The notes: a model not told the origin generated them from the letters alone. Counted from the first letter of the whole stretch, positions 44,312 through 57,653 are shown. The stretch: DNA of 58,602 nt, filler included, from Sphacelaria rigidula (GCA_964200075.2; 8 parts of 8 records of this genome joined end to end with filler, not necessarily neighbours in it); one strand, 5' to 3'. Numbers and translations: made by a program.

Positions 44312-45849
44312 CTAGAAAGTACGCATCAGACCAGCTCCCTCGTTCGCGTCTTTATTTGAAGTCCGAAAGGTCTTGATTACGTGCAGCAGGTGCAAGTGAC
44401 GTTGTTTGCCCAAGTATTTCGTCCCAATGTCGGCGATGTTGTTCTTGGTGTCCACGTGATGAAGGGGAATCCTTCGCATCTTAATGAGTTCGCGAATGAA
44501 GAAGTAGCGCAATGCCACATGCTTGGTCCGTCCACTGTAGGTGCTGTTACCGGCAACGTGGAGTGTTGAGGTGTTGTCGATGTAAACCGTAACACTGTGA
44601 AATGCCTCGCCGAATCCCAGCTCCATCATTATGCTGGAACAAAACATAGCCTCTTTCGTTGCTAGCGCTGCCACCACAAGCTCAGCTTCCATTGTCGACT
44701 GAGCAGTTAGACCCTGTATTCTGACTTTGAAACTCACCGGAGCGTTCGAAAGCATGACGGTATACGAGGACATCGATTTCCCGGTATCCGGATTGTTCCC
44801 CCAGCTGGCGTCCGAAAACAGCGTGAGCTGAAATCCTCCCTTCCGGTACGTCATATCGAAACTAGCACTCCCCGCGCGGTAACGTAGAAGATGTTTCGCA
44901 GCACCCATCTGTGCTTTTGATGGTCTTGACACCGCTCTCGCAAGCTGGTTGACATCAAACTGGATATCATACCGGGTCGCTTGTGCTAGATACATGAACG
45001 AGTCGGTGATCGCCTGGTATCGCTGTGTTGCCGCCGGATCCAGAAGCTGCTCTTCCGGTTGATTTAATGACAGCTCTGCTCCAGTTCCTGGCGTGCTCAG
45101 CGGATTGCAGTCCCTCATGCCGTACTTCTCCAGGATCGATTTGGTGTAGTTCTCCTGGCTGATAGTGAGCGTCCCATTCTTGCGGTCTCGGGTGACTCTC
45201 ATTCCGAGTACAAGTGACACGTCTCCCATGTCCGTCATTTTGAAGCGGACCGTGAGTTTTTTTTTTTGAGAGTCTGAAGTACTGCCACGTCCCCTCCAAT
45301 AAGGAGCACATCGTCCACGTAGAGGGTGAGAAGTGCGACAACCTTCCTCTTTCCGAGAGCGGTGCTGACGGTGTCGCCCCGGGAGTCATCGGCCGTGATG
45401 TCGTCTTTGTCGTCGTTGTCAGTGAAGATGTAGATGCAGGGGTCTGAAGCGAGAGAGGTGAAACCGACCTCCCCCAGAAATTTGTCCATCGTGTTCCACC
45501 AATTCAGTGGCAACTGGCGAAGGCCATTTAACGACTTCCGGAGCTTCATCACGAGAGGAACTCTCGTCACGGGATCGTTCTCCTCATAGCCCGGGGCCAT
45601 CTTGACGTAAACTTCCTCTTCAACGAGCGCGTTTAGAAGTGCCGTCTGCACGTCCAGCTGCCACATTTCCCAGTCCATCTCCGCGGCCGCTGCATGCACC
45701 ATACGGATGCTCTGTAGCCTACAGACGGGAGCGAAGGTGCCGCCGCAGTCGATGCCCGGTACTTGTCCCCATCCTTGGACGACGAGTCTTCCCTTGTATG
45801 TGTTGTCGGCTTTTACCTTATACACCCACCTGGATCCGATGGCTTTCAT
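44312..45849 (-). pseudogene. Copia reverse transcriptase (RVT_2) plus RNase H, frameshifted at a poly-A run near 45260
   Basis: SRWVYKVK...YKGRLVVQG, QLDVQTA, LYVDDVLL; FSDASW, STMEAE, IDNTS, RTKHVALRYFFIRE, NIADIGTK. Confidence 0.95.
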
Positions 45850-46626
45850 CCCTGCAGGAATCGCCGTGAAGGGTACAAGCGTGAAGACATTATTGGAACG
45901 GAGGCTTTCTATTTCTTTGTCTGATGCTGTCTTCTACTGCTCCGCCTCTGGCAGTCGCATTGCCTCTTGAAAGGTGTTCGGCACTATGACCACTTTCTCC
46001 CATCCGAACAACTTCGAATTTGGGTGTTTGTGGCAGAGTACGCATACTCCAGAAAGGAAACTCCATCCTCGTGAGCGATGTCTTGCATATTTGCCTTGGC
46101 GTAGAAACTGGCCAAAGTCTCCAGGCGCTTCAGCTCGCGGGCTTGAGCGCTTCTCGTGCTTGCGCCGGAGATGACGTATATCGGGGCTTGTGGGTTAGCT
46201 CGCGTGCTGACACGCGAAGAACCCACTGTAGGTGACGGTGTTGTAGCTGGAGGTGAACCTTCAGTGACTCCCCTTCCTTGGGAGGCTCCAGTGGGCACCT
46301 TTCCCGATGAAGATCGGACGAGGTCGTTAACACTGTCCGTTGTTTCGCGTAAGATCTCCGAGCAGTTGGAATTTTTCCACTTTTCGAAGAGCTTCCAGGC
46401 TCTTGGTGCCGACGTGACCAAGTCGACGATCCCAGAGGTTTCGCGCTGGCGTTGACGTGCATAGTCACTCCAGGTTGCTGCTCTGCGTGGCCGCTCAGCT
46501 CCATGCGGAACGTGTAGAGGTCTTGGTCATGGATCAATTGTTCCAGGGGAAGCACGAACGGTAGGTTCTCCAGTTAGGGATGATATTGATCGAAGATGGC
46601 GATGATGCCTTGCTTGGTCGCCACTT

Positions 46627-47052
46627 TCACGGAGAATATATGACGCCCGAGTCCGGGGACGACGAAGCAAGAGAGGACGACATGGTACGCCTTCTTTTTT
46701 CTGTAGGTGACTGTACCATGAATGGTGGCAGTTGCAACTGCTTCAACTTCATTGTGTCCCCTGTTACAATTTTGAACGGTCGTTCGAGGGCCGTGTACTC
46801 ACTTGCCCGAGCTAAAACACCCGACTCGAGATTGGTGTCCAAGTAGTGACCGGTCGCGCCACTGTCCACCAGCCAGGTTACAGAGTTGGTGTCGTTTGCT
46901 GTCCGAGTCGTCGGTGCCGCCGCCATGAAAGCTGATCCAGTATCCCCACCGAAGGCACCGAAGTGGTCGAATATGTTTTCTGAGAGTCCAGCATGCTGTG
47001 GTGGGGTGGACGCGCCGAAGGAAAGCACTGGAGGAGCCGATTCCGTCATCAC
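46627..47052 (-). pseudogene. Copia aspartic protease
   Basis: VTWLVDSGATGHYLD. Confidence 0.85.
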
Positions 47053-47141
47053 AGTTCGCTGGGGTCCTCCGACTGTTCCGGACGAATTGCTGTTTGCAGT
47101 CGTCGCCGCGGCAGGCTGCGGGATAAAAGACCCGGGAATGC

Positions 47142-48082
47142 TTACATTGGCGATGTTGGCGCTTCAATTCCTTGCTGCTTTTTTTGTTGTACCTTGCACT
47201 CAGCGTCGCTGTATGTTGTTGTTCCATGATACGAGCACCATTTTGATGCTTCATTACTTCCCTTCTTCTTATCTGTTTTTTGACGTCTCTGGGTCGGATT
47301 ACTCGGCCGTATCCGACTTCGCTTGTTGTTCGGGCATTCACGTTGATAGTGCCCAAACCCATTGCAAAGGTGACACTGAACACCAGATGTCGTAACCTGC
47401 ATAGCCGCTCCAGGTCCGGCCACGGTTGGTGCAGTTGACGAACCAAAATTCCGATCATTGTACGCGTTGCACATTGCGGTGCGAATGTTGTCAAGGCCGA
47501 AGTCGCGCTCGGTGTAGCATTTCGTGCGCACGAAGTCATACTCGGGGGTTATCGCGTTGAGGATAATGTCCTCGTAGCGATCGTCGTGCATTTTATCCCC
47601 GAGACCCTCCAGACGCAGACGAATTTCGTCCATATCTTGGAAGAAATGTTCGGGGTCCTCGCCCGGTTTCATCGTGCGGCTCACCAGCTGAGCGTGAACT
47701 GCCCGTCTAGCCGCTTTGGTGTTGCCATCGATCTTCTCGACCAGGGTCTTCCACGCACCTTGCCCATCGCCGACCCGTGGGTCATCGAGATCTTCATCCT
47801 CTGTGTACAAGAACCGCCGGATGATCGCAGCTGCTGGTCCGATCGAAAGGACCAACAGCGAAAACAGGTCGCTGTTCTTTCCGTCCCATTCGCGGCTTGC
47901 TGGTTCGTCAGTAGGCCTTCGTTGGCCTTTGAGAACGGCGAACATCGGCTTGTCAACGATAGAGATTGCTACTCGCAGCTGATCTTTCCACGCAATAAAG
48001 GTGCTCTTATCCTCCGAAAATTTAGGTACCCGTTTGAATACAGCCGCTATGCGGTCGGAACTGGTGGCGGTGTAACTCATCA
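47142..48082 (-). pseudogene. Copia gag with CCHC zinc knuckle
   Basis: FIAWKDQL...GQGAWKTL...MKPGEDPEHFF...CHLCNGFGHYQREC. Confidence 0.92.
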
Positions 48083-48094
48083 TGCAGAGAGAAA

Positions 48095-49110
48095 ATGAAC
48101 TACGCAAGACTGTACGCTTCGAGGCTCATCAATGCTCGACACCTAAGTGCGAATTCCCTGACTGTGCCGCCTTCCTGCGCGTACAGGTTTTCGCTGTACC
48201 TCGTACAGACTACAGCTCGCGCAGGGTTCGTCCGCAGGGATGATAAACTACGCAAGGCTGTACGCCTCGAGACTCATCAGTGCTCGATGCGTAAGTGCGA
48301 ATTCCCTGACTGTGCTGCCTTCCTGCGCGTACAGGTTTTCACTGCACCTCGTACAGACTACAGCTCGTGCAGGGTTCGTCTGCAGGGATGATAAACTACG
48401 CAAGGCTGTACGCTTCGAGGCTTACCGATGCTCGACGCGTAAGTGCGAATTCCCCAACTGTGCCGCCTCCCTGCGCGCACGGGTTTTCACTGTAGCTTGT
48501 GCAGACTGCAGCTCGTGCAGGGTTCGTCCGCAGGGATGATAAACTATGCAAGGCTGTACGCTTTGAGGCTTACCGATGCTCGACACCTAAGTGCGAATTC
48601 CCTGACTGTGCCGCCTTCCTGCGCGTACAGGTTTTCACTGTAGCTTGTGCAGACTGCAGCTCGCGCAGGGTTCGTCCGCAAAGATGATAAACTACGCAAG
48701 GCTGTACGCTTTGAGGCTCATCAATGCTCGACACCTAAGTGCGAATTCCCTGACTGTGCCGCCTTCCTGCGCGTACAGGTTTTCACTGCACCTTGTACAG
48801 ACTACAGCTCGTGCAGGGTTCGTCCGCAGGGATGATAAACTACGCAAGGCTGTACGCTTCGAGGCTTACCGATACTCGACGCGTAAGTGCGAATTCCCTG
48901 ACTGTGCCGCCTTCCTGCGCGTCCATGTTTTCACTGCACCTTGTGCAGACTACAGATCGTGCAGGGTTCGTCCGCAGGGATGATAAACTACGCAAGGCTG
49001 TACGCTTCGAGGCTTACCGATGGTCGACGCGTAAATGCGAATTCCCTGACTGTGCCGCCTTCCTGCGCGCACGGGTTTAAACTGTAGCTTGTACAGACTG
49101 CAGCTTTGAC
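48095..49110. repeat. 148-bp tandem array (~6.8 units) in the copia 5' leader
   Basis: ATGATAAACTACGCAAGGCTGTACGC recurs at 48240, 48388, 48536, 48684, 48832 and 48980. Confidence 0.97.
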
Positions 49111-49269
49111 TCCAGATGCGTAGAGTACAATCCGCGGTTGTCTCAACTCACTTGTAGTGTCGTGTTGTCCCAGGTATTCAGCTCCTATGTAGAACTCTGT
49201 AGAACTAGTCGAAGACGTCTCCCCGGCAAGCTCTCCTTTAGAAGCTCTCGGTATTTGCGCCTCGCAGAC

Positions 49270-49286
49270 AATCGAGGCTCATAACC
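49270..49286 (-). promoter_or_regulatory. Primer-binding site (half-tRNAi-Met type)
   Basis: LTR end ...CAACA is followed directly by GGTTATGAGCCTCGATT on the minus strand. Confidence 0.88.
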
Positions 49287-49915
49287 TGTTGAGGAATATG
49301 GTAGTCGTGGAGACCGTTGTACTCCTCTTGGCAGGAGACTGCAGATGTTGGCACAGGCAGCTTTATGCTGACCGCATCTCAGGAGTGAACACCGCAGGTG
49401 TCTGAACACGAATGTATATTAATTACAATATTACTTGTCAATGTAGCAGATCCCAAACAAAAAGACAAAGTGTCCCACACGGGAAAAAACCTCAAGAAGA
49501 GAAGTGAAGAGAAGTGAAGAGAAGTGATGAAGTTGGAGACCATGTGGGACGGTCACAACGAAGATCGCTACGCTACTTTGCTACCTGCTCGAACAATCAA
49601 TCGATGTTCCCGTATCAGGAATCTTTCTCGAGAACTCTCACTGACGCATGCTCCGCCAAATCTAGAAAACGTATCCAACTCCGCCAAATCTATTCAACTG
49701 GCGAGTTCTTGACTGGCCTGCGACTACTAGTCAATGATATCTTTCCAGAACAACCTTCACACGACAGGATTCTCGAAGGCTGCACAACAACTCCAATCGT
49801 TTCCTATTGCCCCGCATAATGTCCCGCTTGTTACTCAGTGAACAAGCTTCCGTATTTTAGCTTGATGCTACTGAACATTGACTCACATATGTTATGCAAC
49901 ATGAAATTCTTGACA
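49287..49915 (-). repeat. 5' LTR (629 bp)
   Basis: TGT...ACA termini, adjacent PBS, match to 44029-44164. Confidence 0.9.
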
Positions 49916-51265
49916 CATACTACATAATGTTTGAATGTTTACATGATGAGCCACTCGGCAGGCAGTATATAACTCGTGTCTGTCCCTGTAAGTGGCGATT
50001 CCAGCAAATGGAGCGACTCATTGTAGGCTGCCATCCACTTGCAATTCGTGATGATTATTGGTACCTCCAATAAAAAATAGATTATATGTACGGTTCAGGC
50101 CGAAGAATCGTAGCAGGATGCAGCTCATCCTTCACGCGACTCGCGGAACACTCACGGCGCTTTGCGCTTGGTGATTGGTTGCAAGCCTAATCCGGCGCAC
50201 CCAGGCATGTTCCGCCCCGGCTTTGTACCGGCGCGCGAGCACAAGGACCATGCCAAGCCATCTCCAACACAGACAGTGCCAATAAGAAAGGTCGCGACAG
50301 CCCCGCCCCTCCAGACCAGCCCGAAAACTGTCACGAAGAAAATGGCCTTACAGCGCTTGATGAATGGTTTCAGACTGCATGAAGCGCCTCATATGGCCGA
50401 CATTGGCGAATACGACCCCAAGCGTGGGAGTTTCGAACTACTTGGTGTTCTCCGCTGTTTATTTCATTTTTGTCTCCTGAAACCAACCACCTTCCTTGGG
50501 GGGGGCTATCGCGGCATCCCTCCAGCGACGAATGATGTGGGTGTGCTGAGAAAGAGGGGGAAACCAGTTTGATCACAATGGGAAATGCTAGGCGAAAGAT
50601 CTCCCAAAACTCATGCAGGTGCACCCTTTACAGAGGCCACCCAACAAACCTCACAGTGGAACGAACACTCCACACGAAAACGGAATGCAAAAAATAGACA
50701 GCCCAATCTCCTGTCGGGGAAGGGGAGGGGATCTGGGGAAAATAAGTGGAAACTCAGGAGGGAATTTGGACAAACATGCACAGCCTTTGTAGCGAACAAA
50801 CGCAACTGTGACGTAAAGCTAAAGACCAAAAATAGTCCATTCATAATCGAAAAGCGAGGAGCACTTCCCACGCAGAGATGTACGTGCTCGAGAAGGAAGC
50901 GTAGTATGGGGGGGCTGTACGAGTAGCGTTTTTCGCGAGTTCATCTCCATGTATCATCACGGTTGACGGCGGAGGAGTCAATCATGCACACAATAATAGC
51001 AGAGGCCTACGAAGGGACCGGTAGCCATCTTGAAGATAAGCAGGTTCACGACTATCTCACCGCACTCTAGAAGAAAGAATAACAGGGCATGCGAAGAAAT
51101 GGGGAAACGATTCGTATTATGTAAGGCGGGTTATTATCGAACGGGATTGTCCCCTTTTCGAAAATCTCCTTTTGAAAAAATGAACACTGACTAACAGCCG
51201 ATTTCAAATTTTGGGGTTCATACAAAATATGGGGTTGAAGTGGCATATCTGTCTTGCACGAAAGA

Positions 51266-51365
51266 NNNNNNNNNNNNNNNNNNNNNNNNNNNNNNNNNNN
51301 NNNNNNNNNTTAATTAATTAANNNNNNNNNNNNNNNNNNNNNNNNNNNNNNNNNNNNNNNNNNNN
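51266..51365. other. Artificial contig-joining linker
   Basis: N44-TTAATTAATTAA-N44. Confidence 0.98.
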
Positions 51366-53121
51366 GTCACGAGTGCCACTCGTGCTCGTCCGACGTATGC
51401 ACAGTTTGCACGTGACGCCTGCATCTGTGATTGCTGCAGGGTTACAAGGTATCCACAAAATTGCTATTGCGTACTGTGCGGAAGCATATGTTTGTCGAAC
51501 GACTGGATTTTACGGAGAGTGCACGAACTCTTCCCGAGGTGGGACCATCCGCCAAGTTCCGTAGTCGGATAGACATCTGCACGGGATCGACGAAATAGGC
51601 ATTGCTTCGACCTATGTTTGTGTCATATCCATAAAGGGAGGTCGAAACAGAAGAAAAGTGAAACAAACGCAAAACCGGACCAACACAGCAACACAACGTC
51701 AAGGAAGATCGATGGTGCACGGTAGCTCATCAATCTAGAGGGCGATACAACTATGGCAGCAAAGATCACATTCTGCGGCGTTTAGCGATGACAGAAGTGT
51801 AGAAGATGCTCTGCATGCATCCTGTTCGTAACCGCACCAGACTGCCGTACTGGATACTCCTTGCAGGATAAGGGCTGGGCACGCGAATTTAGGAAAGAAC
51901 AAGGGTTCTAACCACAGTCTCGTGGTCGAGAGGTCGGTGATTTCACGGTAACTGCCCCCCCAACAAAACGGCAATTGCCTACAGTACCTAGGCGACGGCG
52001 ACAGAATCCCTACAGGCGGTATAATTGTGATGCCCCAACGGAACGGTCTAGGCTGCTTCTTGTGGGAACGGAAAAACCATTGCAACAATGCATGTTTTGG
52101 CGAATCAGCGCCGATTCTTGCCTGAATACGGGGCTCGGTGGATTTGCCTCACCTTCGTTAGAAAGACATACCTCCTCTTCCGGAAATTCTAGAGCGTGTT
52201 TTCTCCCGTGTGGCCAATTTTACTTTTGGCCGGGCCAGCGATGATTCAAATAGCCTGAAAAATATCGCATTGTAATGAGCTGTGTGTGTGTGTGTGTGTT
52301 TATGGGAAAACTCGAAGGGTTTCTTGGGGTTGTACGAGATCGTAGTCCCACTACAAGTCGAACTGGGCGTGCGAAGATAGGCGAAGTGCGTCCAAATTAT
52401 CCCGGAGAATACGAGAAGTCTTTCAAGGTATGATTTGCCAAGCCCCAAATTTCACCAAAAATTGGCACTAGATCGAAAAAAATGTTTTTTTTTTCAAGTC
52501 TTTACACTGTTGTGTACAAATGAAAACCGGCCCAAGGTCGCCTGCAATGGGGATGTGCAGATTTTCGTCGACAGGATTTTTCTCTCATGGATCCCCTCGG
52601 CCCACACTGCGGTTTATTATGTTGTTATGGCGGTGTGCCATGGCCAACATCCCTGCAGCCCACAAGTCCCCCACACGGCGACGATCGAAGTCACCTCTCG
52701 CATGATGCATCGACACACTTCCCGGAGCAGCGCACGAAGTCTTGGGCATGGCGTGAATTGTTGCAGTCATGCAGCTCGCCGGGGTGACGGAGGTCAAGTA
52801 CCCCCGTCCTTCGTGACCCGGCTGGATATTTCTCAAGAGCAGCATGATGACCACAGTCGGAGCCGTGCGGCGAGATTTGATGTGTATCTCCGGAGAGTAA
52901 GTGTGTCGGTACACGGTGTGAGAGAACTGACTTCAACCGTCGCCGTGTGCGGCAAGTTGCGGGCTGCGAAAATGTTGACTATGTGGTACAGCGACAAGAA
53001 ATCTCACGACAAAATCGACATCTGGGTCAATCGGGATTTTAATGAGACAATTGTATCGACGAAAATCTTCATATCCTGTATCATCAATAGATGGTCTCAC
53101 GATCAGTATTTATGGGGAAAT

Positions 53122-53509
53122 ATCTGCAGTTGTACAAAATCTGGGGATTTCGGCCTCTTTGCAGAGGGCTACATCCCACAGCCCGTTTGGCAATAGTTTT
53201 CGGCTAGCTGTGAGGAAACCACAACAATGCTAGATTCTCTGCACGTTGACTTTTGGTGTTTCACCTTGTTGCTCAAATTGAGACAAGTCCGAAATATTAT
53301 TCGGGAGGGACATTTTCCGATCGCAGACTGTTTTCTCTATACATCTATTCGGGGTTGTCTCAACTTGAGTAGAAAGATTAAACACCAAAAGTCAACGTCC
53401 AGAGAATTGGAGAATTGGCCCGGCTTTTTTTCATAGCTGACCGAGAAACATTCCCCGAGAGATTAGTGTCCAAAATAGGCTGAAATCTCCAGATTCGTAT
53501 GATGCAGAT
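53122..53509. mobile_element. Diverged foldback/MITE (~170-bp arms)
   Basis: ACGTTGACTTTTGGTGTTT / AAACACCAAAAGTCAACGT, CTCAA.TTGAGACAA / TTGTCTCAA.TTGAG and terminal ATCTGCA / TGCAGAT. Confidence 0.8.
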
Positions 53510-55467
53510 CTACCGTCGAAAAATTGTATGAGCAGGAGACACAGGGGCAAAAAAGCATAGCAAACCAAAACAAAAATGAAGGCAGGTAAATGATGCATGA
53601 CAACCTCTCATTGTCCGGACATGCTTCGTCCACGACCGCATAGATGACATTCCGCTGCGTTTGGCCGACGATATGAGCGCGAAAAACACGCTAGGCGTAC
53701 CCTGTTTTCCACCTCGCAAGAACCTCGTGCCCGATTGCCTTGCCCCCCCCCCCCCCTGCACCCTTCACCACAAGGAAGTTGCTTCGTGCAATCAAAAGCG
53801 AAGGTATTTCTTGCAGGCTGCCAACAGTCCATCCCCCGTCGCTCATCACCCAACGCTCATCCAACCGCGATACGCCTTGCTTTCGAGTACCGAGTACTGT
53901 ATTTCATGCCATGAGACTAATGTTATACCGTCCACTTTTAGAAGTGCTCCACTACCACGGGATGCACGGGCGCAGACTCCTGGAATGATGCCCTGCAAGT
54001 CTGCTTGTAGCACTCGAGGCGCTTTGGTTGTACGTGCCATCCCGTTCAGATACTGAGCACTGTGATAACATGCCTGTACGGCACGACATATGTTACGATC
54101 GCGGGTTCCCATAATGCCATGGGGTAGAGCGAAAACATGGGGGCGGGAGGCCGGGAGAGGAAGAGAGAGGACGGGGTCGCGACTCATTGTGTTCTCTGCG
54201 GCACAAGACGCGCATTAATCGGCACCTCCTTATTGCAGTACAGTACACAAGACCGGGGGTGCTATCTTCGGTATGTTTAAAAAATATTAAACGCGGTCCG
54301 TGTTGGATTTAACTCGACTCATGCACACAGTATATATACACCACTTAACTCTCGGGTCACTCGTTGCATAGCTACAGTTCTACAGCTCTCACTGTTCGTG
54401 TGCAATGAAAACAACTCCGTACATCCTGCTACTGCGTTTCGTTAGCACGAAGTCGGGACCTCTACTGCATTGGAGTACTGTGCTGTCTGCGGTGTTTCGA
54501 GTGAATCATGTCAGGAGGATCCAACGGTATGGCGAACACTTCAGGTGAGATAAAGATACAAGCCGCAAGACAGTGCATTAGTACTGTATAGGGGTACAGC
54601 ACAAGGTGCCATATGCCAGTACTTATTGAGCTAACATAAGACCACCGCAGAACAGGAGGTACGATGCACCTCTCCGTCAGCCTCTGCAGCTAATGCACTG
54701 TAACTGCGCTGACCAGCACTGACTGTCTTGCGCTTACTATTATACATACTTCATTGACCTATACTACGCTCTGGTGAACTGAGTATCCTGCTGCTGTAGC
54801 GTTCCATGCCCAACTGTTTCGAAAGCGATTGCCGTTGAATCATCCCGCGCTGACACCTGCTCCGTGGTTATTGCTGCAACAGCTCCTGCATTTAACTTAC
54901 GACACAGGCGGGGGTGGTATGCGCGGGCCGCTGACTCTCTCTCTTGACTGATGGACACATCATCAGGGAAGGGTTCCGCCGTCTGTCGGCAGCTGCAGTA
55001 CGAGTCGGCCAACGGCTGCAGCAGCTTGGGCTGCATACCCTCGGCTGCAAAAGGGGCAGTTTTCTGCCACCGTAGCTACGGCTACACAGCATGTGCGTCA
55101 CCGTTTGCTACGGACATCATCACCGCCGCTTTCAATATCTCTGCATTCGGCTACGCGGAATTGACGACGAGGGTGCCCTCTATCGGCCGCGGGGTTATGC
55201 CAACTTTTTGCTGTGACGTGTGGGATCTAAACATAACTTGGGTTGAGTGCAGGCTGCACGTACTCAGCTTGGAAACTATGGGAATTGGCGCGGAACTAAA
55301 TCCAGGTATAGCAATGGTGAACTTAAAGTTACGCCTTTCCGAGACAAACATCGACTAACCCCGAAGTGTCGCGGGAATATGGACCGAACTCTAAGGCCCC
55401 ATCTTCAAAAAATAAAAAATGAAAATGAGCTTGTGAAAATGAGAACAAAATTGGCGGTTCGATTTTC

Positions 55468-55585
55468 TTAATCCTTTGACCGATAGAGGTGGTCCACTTG
55501 TGGAAAGGGCATTATTTTCAATTATTTCCAAGTAAAAGTGATCCCGATTCCACGAATGGACCACCTCCAGAGGTCAAAAGGTTAA
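55468..55585. mobile_element. TTAA-flanked 110-bp piggyBac-type MITE
   Basis: TTAA|TCCTTTGACC...GAGGTGGTCCA...TGGACCACCTC...GGTCAAAAGG|TTAA. Confidence 0.8.
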
Positions 55586-56230
55586 CCTTGTGATCGGTGG
55601 AGGGCTGCTGTTCCATAAGCATCGCCCTTGGAACCACTCTTATGAAAAATAATCATCTTGGAAACAGTTCTAGAACGGGCCAACAGTCCGATGGTACTGC
55701 GAAAGGGACCGATAGATTCTTGTCCAGAAGCAGCCGTGTTGCAAGTGGCAGCGGGAAATTTGCATGTGACGCATTGATCCCTTTGCATGTTGTCACGGTA
55801 TAATTTCCTGCTGTATGCCCTCGACAGGAAAGGCGCATGAATTTTCGTGATTTTGAGGTCGTGAACCGTCCGCGTCCTGGGCAATATAGGACCAATAGTT
55901 GCTGATAACCGTGGCAACAGGTCTACACTTCACGCAGTGCATTTTTCGTCTATTGCAACCATTTATTTACCATGTATTTTCAAGGGTATCGAGCCGTCAT
56001 AATTATTCTCATTATATCAGTGTTATTCTCATCATTTTTTCTCGACAAGACCCAACCTGAACCCCGGCGCGCCCCCTTTGGACCCAAAAGGGATAAGAAG
56101 GTCTCTAACAACAGCAGCACACATGTTTGAACTTTCCTACCTGCTAGGTACTGAATTGAAATGTATTAAGGAGAGGTTTGGTAGGGTATGTACCTTTGAC
56201 TACCCGAGTTAAATACACGAGTATTTCCTC

Positions 56231-56512
56231 TACCCAAGATTTGGGTAGATTGGGTACGGCCTCAAATACTCTACACAATTTTTGGGTAGATTGGGTACGA
56301 CATCAAATACTCTGCCCATATTTGGGGTAGATCGGGTAAGACCTCCAATATTCTACCCAAATTTCGGTAAGCACTTTCAGCAATACCTCGGTATAGCGTA
56401 TCACCTGGGTATGACCTCAATACTCCACCCAAAATTTGGTCAAGTCGGGTACAACCTATAATATTCTGCCCAAATTTCGGGTAGATCGGGTACGATTTCA
56501 ATACTGTACCCA
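56231..56512. repeat. Degenerate ~41-bp tandem repeat with internal palindrome TACCCAAATTTGGGTA
   Basis: Units of TACCCAA.TTTGGGTAGAT.GGGTACGAC.TC.AATA.TC recur about 6 times. Confidence 0.75.
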
Positions 56513-56539
56513 AACATTGCGTAATGCCGTGTCTTAGAC

Positions 56540-57316
56540 CCACTTTTATGGCAGGCAGGAATCTCGATTTTTTCGAAATCGGAGGCGGAAAAAATCGGGG
56601 AACACATTTTATGGACGCGGATCTGGACCAAATCGGGGGGGGGGGAGTTGGGGGGTCACGATCTCGGAACGGTTTCCCCCGATTAAAAAAAAAATCGGGG
56701 AAAATCATTTCGAGATCGTGACTGCCCCCGATTTTTCGAGGAGACGTACGTGCATTGACGTACAACGCCAGAGTACGAGGCGTTTGATACTTTGGCAACG
56801 GCAGCAGAAGACAGTCTCGGGGCAGCACAGGGCGTGCCTCCTGTCCGCCCCAGCTGCTGAAGCAACTTTGCACGGGGTTTGACAAGCGGATAATAAGTGT
56901 TGATGCCGTACCCTGCGGCGATGGTAAGACTTTATGCTGCGCTGCGCTGCCATATGCATCACTATAACGAACGCTGCTGTACTCTCCTAGCTGTCGCTGT
57001 ACTTACGGGGTGATGTACGGCGCTGCACTACTGAACTCTGGTCGCGCACTGTTTGTTCTCCGTTCTTGCAATACCGGCTGTGCCATGATGTACTACCACA
57101 GGGCATTATCATGTACTGTACTGGTCTAGTGTCCTGCACTACCCTAGGGTACCATGGTAAGACACTTCACTCGAAGGATTGCTCATCGCCTGCCTACGCT
57201 TCGACTTCATGCACGAGCGACTTCATGCACGAGGACGCACTACCACGCTCATGCAGAAAATGACCCTCTGTGTACAGAACCATTTCACAAATCTGTGATA
57301 CTGTACTGTCTGTACC
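56540..57316 (+). repeat. Dispersed ~800-bp non-coding repeat, copy 2
   Basis: Collinear with 35655-36457, with one internal deletion. Confidence 0.9.
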
Positions 57317-57584
57317 ATTAAACGGTCACCCCGATTTTGAGTCCACGAATTTGAGTCTCTCCGATTTGGCTAAAAATCGAGATTTGTTGCCATAAAAGTG
57401 GGTCTGAACACATCATTTTTCGATCGAAAAAAAAGTGCGGTGGCTTGGCGGTGGAAAAAAATTAAACGAAGGCGTTCGTTTCTCGCGAGTTGGGTCCAAC
57501 CGAATTTGCAAGCTTTCGATCGAAAAAAGACAGACAGAGAAATTCGTGAAGCGGTACTCGTTCTCTTGTCTACATACCGTGTGC

Positions 57585-57587
<3 letters not shown>

Positions 57588-57651
<64 letters not shown>
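57588..57651. repeat. (TG)32 microsatellite followed by a short (GC)n run
   Basis: Read directly. Confidence 0.97.

Positions 57652-57653
<2 letters not shown>

Larger units (their letters stand above)
44029..49915 (-). mobile_element. Ty1/copia LTR retrotransposon with both LTRs, PBS and PPT; integrase deleted
   Basis: LTR match 44029-44164 vs ~49780-49915; PBS at 49270-49286; PPT GAGGGGGAG at ~44164-44172; gag, protease, RT and RNase H motifs. Confidence 0.95.

Noticed and set aside
48095-49110. Repetitive ORFs (MINYARLYASRL...) as proteins
   Set aside because: The 148-bp period shifts frame every unit; these are translations of a non-coding tandem array.
51366-55360. Several 80-250 aa ORFs (e.g. 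52435-53196, 54764-55036)
   Set aside because: No recognisable domains or consistent exon chain; they partly overlap repeats.
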